Made by a program: the position numbers and the translations under genes. From the NCBI GenBank assembly GCA_040905565.1, contig JBBDRF010000078.1, forward strand, positions 10,106-74,105: DNA of 64,000 bases, given 5' to 3'. Below are positions 59,070 through 64,000 of this stretch, piece by piece (position 1 is the stretch's first letter; every line of letters begins with the position of its first letter). The DNA is from Phycisphaeraceae bacterium (lineage in GTDB: Bacteria; Planctomycetota; Phycisphaerae; Phycisphaerales; Zrk34). Below the pieces are notes generated by a model. The model ran no database searches and was not told where the DNA came from. It saw only the letters and a program-made list of their open reading frames with translations.

Positions 59070-60047
59070 ATGCGTATTGTCTTTTTCGGTTCAGGTGCGT
59101 TCGGATTACCCACGCTCATCGCGCTGCATGAAAAGCATGATGTGGTGCTCGTCGTGAGCCAGCCCGACCGGCCGGCCGGCCGCAAGCGCAAGCTGACCCC
59201 CACGCCGATCGCCGCGTGGGCGCAGGAGCAGAACCTGCCGCTCATCAAACCCGAGAACGTGAACCAGCCGGACATTCTCGAGCAGATTCAAGCTGCGCGT
59301 GCCGACGCCAACGTCGTCGTTGCCTTCGGGCAGAAGGTCTCTCAGCCGTTGATCGATTCGCCTCGGCTTGGCCCGACCGCCACGGTGAACCTTCACGCCT
59401 CGCTGCTGCCGCGCTATCGTGGGGCTGCCCCGATCAACTGGGCGATGATCGAAGGTGAAAAAGAGACGGGCAACACCGTCTTTGCGCTCGTTGAAAAGAT
59501 GGACGCCGGCGACATGCTCGGTCAGCAGGCGACGCCGATCGATCCACTGGAAACGGTCGGCGAACTTCACGATCGTCTCGCCGCGCTCGGCCCCGATCTC
59601 GTGCTGCGTGTGCTGAACGATCTGGAGCAGGGCACCGCCCAGCCGCAGCCGCAGGATGCCGCGCGCAAGACCATCGCCCCCAAGCTCAGCAAGGCCGACG
59701 CCTGGGTCGACTTCGCCGCACCCGCCGAGGCCGTCCGCAACCGCATCCACGGCCTCACCCCCTGGCCGGGCGTGCGAACCAAGTACCGCCGGCCGAACGA
59801 AACCGAAACCCACGACCTGCTGCTGCGACGCGTCGAAGTCATCACCGCCCAAGGCGAGCCCGGCACCATGAACGCCGATGGCATCATCGCCACCGGCAGC
59901 AGTGGGGGGGCAAGTGGGGGGGGTGGGGGGGTGGCGCTGCTGGAGGTGCAGCCGCCGGGCAAGCGTGCCATGAGCTGGAGCGATTTCCAGAAGGGCCACA
60001 ACCTGCCCATCGGCACCCGCTTCGAAAGCGGCCCGACCGAAGCGTAA
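59070..60047 (+). CDS. fmt: Methionyl-tRNA formyltransferase
   Basis: VVSQPDRPAGR, VVAFGQ, NLHASLLPRYRGAAPI, MDAGD, PWPG. Confidence 0.95.
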   Translation: MRIVFFGSGAFGLPTLIALHEKHDVVLVVSQPDRPAGRKRKLTPTPIAAWAQEQNLPLIKPENVNQPDILEQIQAARADANVVVAFGQKVSQPLIDSPRLGPTATVNLHASLLPRYRGAAPINWAMIEGEKETGNTVFALVEKMDAGDMLGQQATPIDPLETVGELHDRLAALGPDLVLRVLNDLEQGTAQPQPQDAARKTIAPKLSKADAWVDFAAPAEAVRNRIHGLTPWPGVRTKYRRPNETETHDLLLRRVEVITAQGEPGTMNADGIIATGSSGGASGGGGGVALLEVQPPGKRAMSWSDFQKGHNLPIGTRFESGPTEA

Positions 60048-60129
60048 CGGTCCCCCATGCTGCCGCTCCGTCAATAAAAAACCCCACGCCGCGAAAGGTC
60101 CCTCCCCGCTCAACCGATGATTCAGGGGT

Positions 60130-61509
60130 ATGGCCCTCGACCGCAATCTGGTAGTTCTGCTGACGTCCGGCATGAGAAGCGATGTCTTCTCCTATCTTGC
60201 GCGCTGGCCCGTCAACACCCCTCATTTTGATGACCTGGCCACGTGGGGCATCAGCCTTCCTGCAACCACAGTGAGTCCCGCCGCCGGTCCCGCCCGCGCC
60301 AGCCTCTTCACCGGCCTCCATCCCCGCCAGCACGGCATGCTCGACGAAGGCACCCCCGCCCCGTCCACCACCACCTGGGTCCACCAGCTGCGCGAGGCGG
60401 GCTACCACATCGTCAGCGTCGGCAATGTTCAGCCGATCGCCGACCTCTGCCATCGCCACTGCCCGGTGGCCGACGTTTCAACGCTCGCCAACAACGACTG
60501 CGCTTACCTCAAGCAGATGGCGGATCGGGGCCGACTCGACGCCGTTCAGCAGCAGCGCCGGACTCGGCTTGAAACCGGGCCCTTCGATATGCAGCCGAAC
60601 CCGATCCCCGCTGAGGAAGATGTCGACACTTTCATTGCCGAGCAGGCCGGCCTTGCCATTGAGACGATGCCGACCGATCGGCCTTGGGTTTTGATTGTTA
60701 ACTTCACCGGGCCCGGGAACGACCTGCCCGCGCCCGACAGATTCTCGAAGCACATCGATGCCGCTGCCCTGCATCGCGGCTTTGCCCCCGCCGACCTCGC
60801 TGCCCTTGATCAGTACGCCGAGATTCCCTATCCCCGCACGCTGATTCAAAACCTCAACGGCGAACGCATCAGCCGCATCCGCCAACATTACCTCGCACGC
60901 GTCGCCCTGCTGGACCACGGCCTCGGTCGCATCCGCAGCGCCCTCGACAAGCACGACCTCGGCTCAACGACATGGATCACCCACTGCTCCGACCGCGGCC
61001 AACTGCTCGGCGAACGCGGGCTGGTCGGCCATCGCTCACTGCTGGGTCCGGCCGTCACCGTGCCGCTGTGGATCCTGCCGCCGGAGACGATGAACGATCT
61101 GCCGATCCGCAAAAGCGGGGAAACGCTCGCTGCCCATCGCCTGGTGGGGACCGTTGATTTCGTCGCCACGTTGTGCGCCATCGCCGGCGTCGATCCGCCG
61201 CGCGGATGTGATGGGCAATCCGTCCTCCCCGCGATGCATCACAGCGAAGTCGGCCGCGACCACGTCCTCTGCGAATACAGCAACCGGTGCATGCTTGAAA
61301 CCATGCAGCACCGCATCATCTACGATGTCGATACCCAGCATCCCCGCGCCCTGTTCGATCTGCTTCGCGATCCCGACGAACTCAACGACCTCGTCGGCAC
61401 CACCACCGCCGTCGGCGTGCTCGACATGCTCCAATGGCAACTCGCCTCGGCCCTGCTCCCGCTACGCCCGATCCTCCCACTCAACGGGCGGTCGCCGTTG
61501 CCAGCCTGA
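60130..61509 (+). CDS. Sulfatase-fold protein with degenerate active site
   Basis: TP..D.LA..G, P.RASLFTG.HP..HG, LFDL..DP.E..DL scaffold; CxPxR motif reads AGPAR. Confidence 0.85.
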   Translation: MALDRNLVVLLTSGMRSDVFSYLARWPVNTPHFDDLATWGISLPATTVSPAAGPARASLFTGLHPRQHGMLDEGTPAPSTTTWVHQLREAGYHIVSVGNVQPIADLCHRHCPVADVSTLANNDCAYLKQMADRGRLDAVQQQRRTRLETGPFDMQPNPIPAEEDVDTFIAEQAGLAIETMPTDRPWVLIVNFTGPGNDLPAPDRFSKHIDAAALHRGFAPADLAALDQYAEIPYPRTLIQNLNGERISRIRQHYLARVALLDHGLGRIRSALDKHDLGSTTWITHCSDRGQLLGERGLVGHRSLLGPAVTVPLWILPPETMNDLPIRKSGETLAAHRLVGTVDFVATLCAIAGVDPPRGCDGQSVLPAMHHSEVGRDHVLCEYSNRCMLETMQHRIIYDVDTQHPRALFDLLRDPDELNDLVGTTTAVGVLDMLQWQLASALLPLRPILPLNGRSPLPA

Positions 61510-61514
61510 CCGAT

Positions 61515-62801
61515 TCAGTATGCTTTCTTGATCTGCGCGCCCGGATAATTCTCCGCGAGAATCTCCGTTGGATCGTTCCCCGCCCGCGCCATGCCCTCCG
61601 CTCCGAACTGGCAGAAGCCGACGCCGTGCCCGAAGCCCCGGCCGTTGGTGAAGTGCGCTTTGCCGTCGCGGATGGCGATGTCGAAGTGTCCCGAGCGGAT
61701 GTTATCGTCGCCCGAAACCGGGGCGAGGCCCTGCGCTTCGTCGTGATGATTGGACGCATGCCGCAAGCTGTCCGCCTTGAGCTCGTAGGCCTTGCCGCGA
61801 TGGTCGATCATCCGAAACCGCAACGGCCGACCGAGGTGATTGCTCTTCACGACGCGGATATCGATCACCGTGCCCAGTTGACCGATCGCCAGATTCCGGT
61901 GCTGTCCCCATGCAGCGATGCGTTTGGAAAGCTCCGCCACATCCCGCTGGACCGGTCCCCACTCATAGCGCGGGCTGATGTGGCACCACGAATGGGTCGC
62001 CTTGGGTTCCAGCGGCGTGACGGTGCTTGAGCCTCCGAACGCGTCGGCTGGGCTTTGCCGCACGCCGCCGCAGGTGGAGGAGTAGTAGGCGGTGAAGATT
62101 TTACCTTGATGCGTGAGCACGAGCCCGACGGTGTCAGCCGCTGCCCTGCGAGCGATGGGTCGCGTCGCCTGGCCGCCGTACACCTGCGAATCGATGGTGG
62201 ATTCGACGTCGAAGTGACCGCTGCCGCCGCGGTCGATCATGCCCGAGATGGCATAGGTGCGTGCGACAATCGCCTGCGAGAGATACGTCGCCGGTTGAAA
62301 GTTCGCGTACAGTTCGTGCTCGAGCACGCCTGGCAGATAGCTTTCGATGCCCAGATGATTCACGACATCGAACGCGTCGCGCTCCTCGGTTGTGAGTGAC
62401 GCCCCCGTAGCCGGCACCAGATGAATCACGCCCGGGTAGGCACGCTTTCCAACCTGCACCGCTGCCGGACCGACCGCTTCAACGACCAGTGTCTCACGCC
62501 GATTCAACCCGCCCTCCGGCCACGGGCCCGACCATGTCCGGCCGGAAAGACTCAGCGTGACCGGCGTCGCGAGCAGGTGCGATCGCCCCGCCCCGCTTGC
62601 CGTGCTGACCTGGATGCGCTTGGGGCCGTTGAAGGTGATCTGCGAGGTTTTCTCGTGCAGCCGAACCCGGATGATCGGCTCGCCGGGCATCTTCTCCACC
62701 GCACGCGGCAGCTTCCGGGGCGACGAAGATGCACCGCAGCCCACCGCAGCCACAGCCGTGACCACGCACAATAATATGATGCAGGCAGCACGTACGATCA
62801 T
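61515..62801 (-). CDS. SpoIID/LytB domain lipoprotein (lytic transglycosylase-like)
   Basis: Lipobox AVGC; E.YL.GV...E, QAIVARTY, SQVY.G, YSSTCGG, GFGHGVG.CQ.GA. Confidence 0.92.
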   Translation of the reverse strand: MIVRAACIILLCVVTAVAAVGCGASSSPRKLPRAVEKMPGEPIIRVRLHEKTSQITFNGPKRIQVSTASGAGRSHLLATPVTLSLSGRTWSGPWPEGGLNRRETLVVEAVGPAAVQVGKRAYPGVIHLVPATGASLTTEERDAFDVVNHLGIESYLPGVLEHELYANFQPATYLSQAIVARTYAISGMIDRGGSGHFDVESTIDSQVYGGQATRPIARRAAADTVGLVLTHQGKIFTAYYSSTCGGVRQSPADAFGGSSTVTPLEPKATHSWCHISPRYEWGPVQRDVAELSKRIAAWGQHRNLAIGQLGTVIDIRVVKSNHLGRPLRFRMIDHRGKAYELKADSLRHASNHHDEAQGLAPVSGDDNIRSGHFDIAIRDGKAHFTNGRGFGHGVGFCQFGAEGMARAGNDPTEILAENYPGAQIKKAY

Positions 62802-62848
62802 TGCCGATAACCCGGGCGACAGAAGGTAGCGGCAACCGGTGCAGCGCT

Positions 62849-63790
62849 TCAGGAAGGTTCGTCAAGCTTGCGGAGACTCAGATCGTGCTCAGCCAGTTTT
62901 TCAACGATCTCATCCAGTGAGGTCTGGCCGAAGTTCTTAATGCCCAGCAGCTCTGCTTCCGTTCGCGCCACCAGGTCGCCGATCGTGGAGATGTTCAGCA
63001 GGCCGATCGCTTTGCGGGCCCGCACAGAAAGATCGAGATCTTCAACCGGCTTGTCCAGCGTCCCCCGCGCGCTCTCATCAGCGCCCTCCGCCAGCTGCGT
63101 GTAGACCTGCTCGCGGGCGGCCTGCTGCATCTGACGCTGACTCTGGCCGATCTGCAAGCCCTTCTCCGAGAGCATGTCCTTGATCTCGTTCAGCGTCGAT
63201 TCGCCGAAGTTCTTGTACGCCATCAGCTCCGCTTCACTGACGCGAAGCAGGTCGCCCAGCGTGCGGATGTTCATCTTCTTAAGGCAGTTGCGGGCGCGAG
63301 CGGAAAGCTCGAAGTCCGTCACCGGCGTCTCAAGAAGCGACGTCTGCTTGTCGTGAATCCGCTGCGATTCCTCGTCGTAGTACATGTCCCGACTGGCGGA
63401 AACATCCTTGAGAAACAGCCGACCGCGGGCGTGGTTCGGGTCCGTCTCCACCACCATCTTCAGCAGACGCTCAGCCTGCACGAAGCGGCCCTCGTCCTCG
63501 TAAAGCAGCGCGAGGTTGATCATCGCGTTCAGCGGGGCCGGCTGGGCCTCACAGGCACGCTCAAAAAGCTCGAGCGCTTCGTCCTCTTCGCCCACCAGAT
63601 CCAAGTGGTACGCCAGACGGAAGCAGATCTCCCGGTGCTCCGGGGCCGCCTCAAACGCCTGCCGATAAAGACGAATCGCCTCCCACCGGTCGGTTCGGGC
63701 TTCGGCCTCGCGGCCTTTCTTAAACAGGTCCTCAGCGGCCTGGGGATCGTGAGGCATGGCCGTGGCCGTCTCAGATGCGAATTCGCTCAT
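62849..63790 (-). CDS. TPR protein with two RNA polymerase alpha C-terminal domains
   Basis: TPR-like N-terminal half; LSARARNCL...KNFGE.TL.EI and LSVRAR..I...KNFGQTSL.EI; no alpha N-terminal domain. Confidence 0.9.
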   Translation of the reverse strand: MSEFASETATAMPHDPQAAEDLFKKGREAEARTDRWEAIRLYRQAFEAAPEHREICFRLAYHLDLVGEEDEALELFERACEAQPAPLNAMINLALLYEDEGRFVQAERLLKMVVETDPNHARGRLFLKDVSASRDMYYDEESQRIHDKQTSLLETPVTDFELSARARNCLKKMNIRTLGDLLRVSEAELMAYKNFGESTLNEIKDMLSEKGLQIGQSQRQMQQAAREQVYTQLAEGADESARGTLDKPVEDLDLSVRARKAIGLLNISTIGDLVARTEAELLGIKNFGQTSLDEIVEKLAEHDLSLRKLDEPS

Positions 63791-64000
63791 ACTTGATCAA
63801 CTCCGAAATGGCGCGGTTGCCATGGGGGCATGACTATCGTCCGTCGCTTTGTGAGCGTGAAAAACGTCAGGTTAACCGGCCGTCGCCATGCTGGCAAGAC
63901 GGACCACCGGCCGCTCAGCTTTCTCCAAACCAAGCCTATCCCGCTGCGGCCAACGTTTCTGCTCCCGCTCAATCGTCAATACCCCAAAGAGCCCGGGGGG

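Noticed and set aside
59901..59931. G-rich tract in fmt (also G-runs at 4243-4250 and about 33633-33658)
   Set aside because: Reading frames stay intact (Gly or Pro linkers) or the run is intergenic; no evidence of phase variation.

Overview
High-GC bacterial chromosomal window, almost certainly Planctomycetota and probably Phycisphaerae. The lineage call rests on a DUF1501/PPC/DUF1549-1553/cytochrome c-WD40 operon, a DUF1559-type prepilin-like protein and a TPR + tandem alpha-CTD protein. It holds about 54 CDS, mostly core or lineage-typical: pth-rpsF-ssb-rplI, folC, leuD, ffh, aspC, fmt, an HpnN-like MMPL transporter and an NhaC-like transporter. I saw no rRNA, tRNA, CRISPR array, integrase or transposase. 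The main leads are: (1) a methyltransferase-bshC-bshB-[insert]-bshA operon predicting (N-methyl-)bacillithiol synthesis; (2) a lower-GC DUF4062 (TIR-like) gene inside that operon, ending in MEDDIPF, a near copy of the host SSB tail MNDDDIPF; (3) an unannotated ~175-nt rod-like inverted-repeat element upstream of fmt, a candidate structured ncRNA; (4) an intact sulfatase-fold gene with its catalytic motifs replaced; (5) an arsM-arsS-DedA/DUF547-flavin disulfide reductase cluster; (6) a TPR-(alphaCTD)2 protein; (7) a dispersed 35-bp REP-like repeat; (8) a poly-G frameshift in ssb. All family assignments come from motif recognition by eye; no database searches were run.
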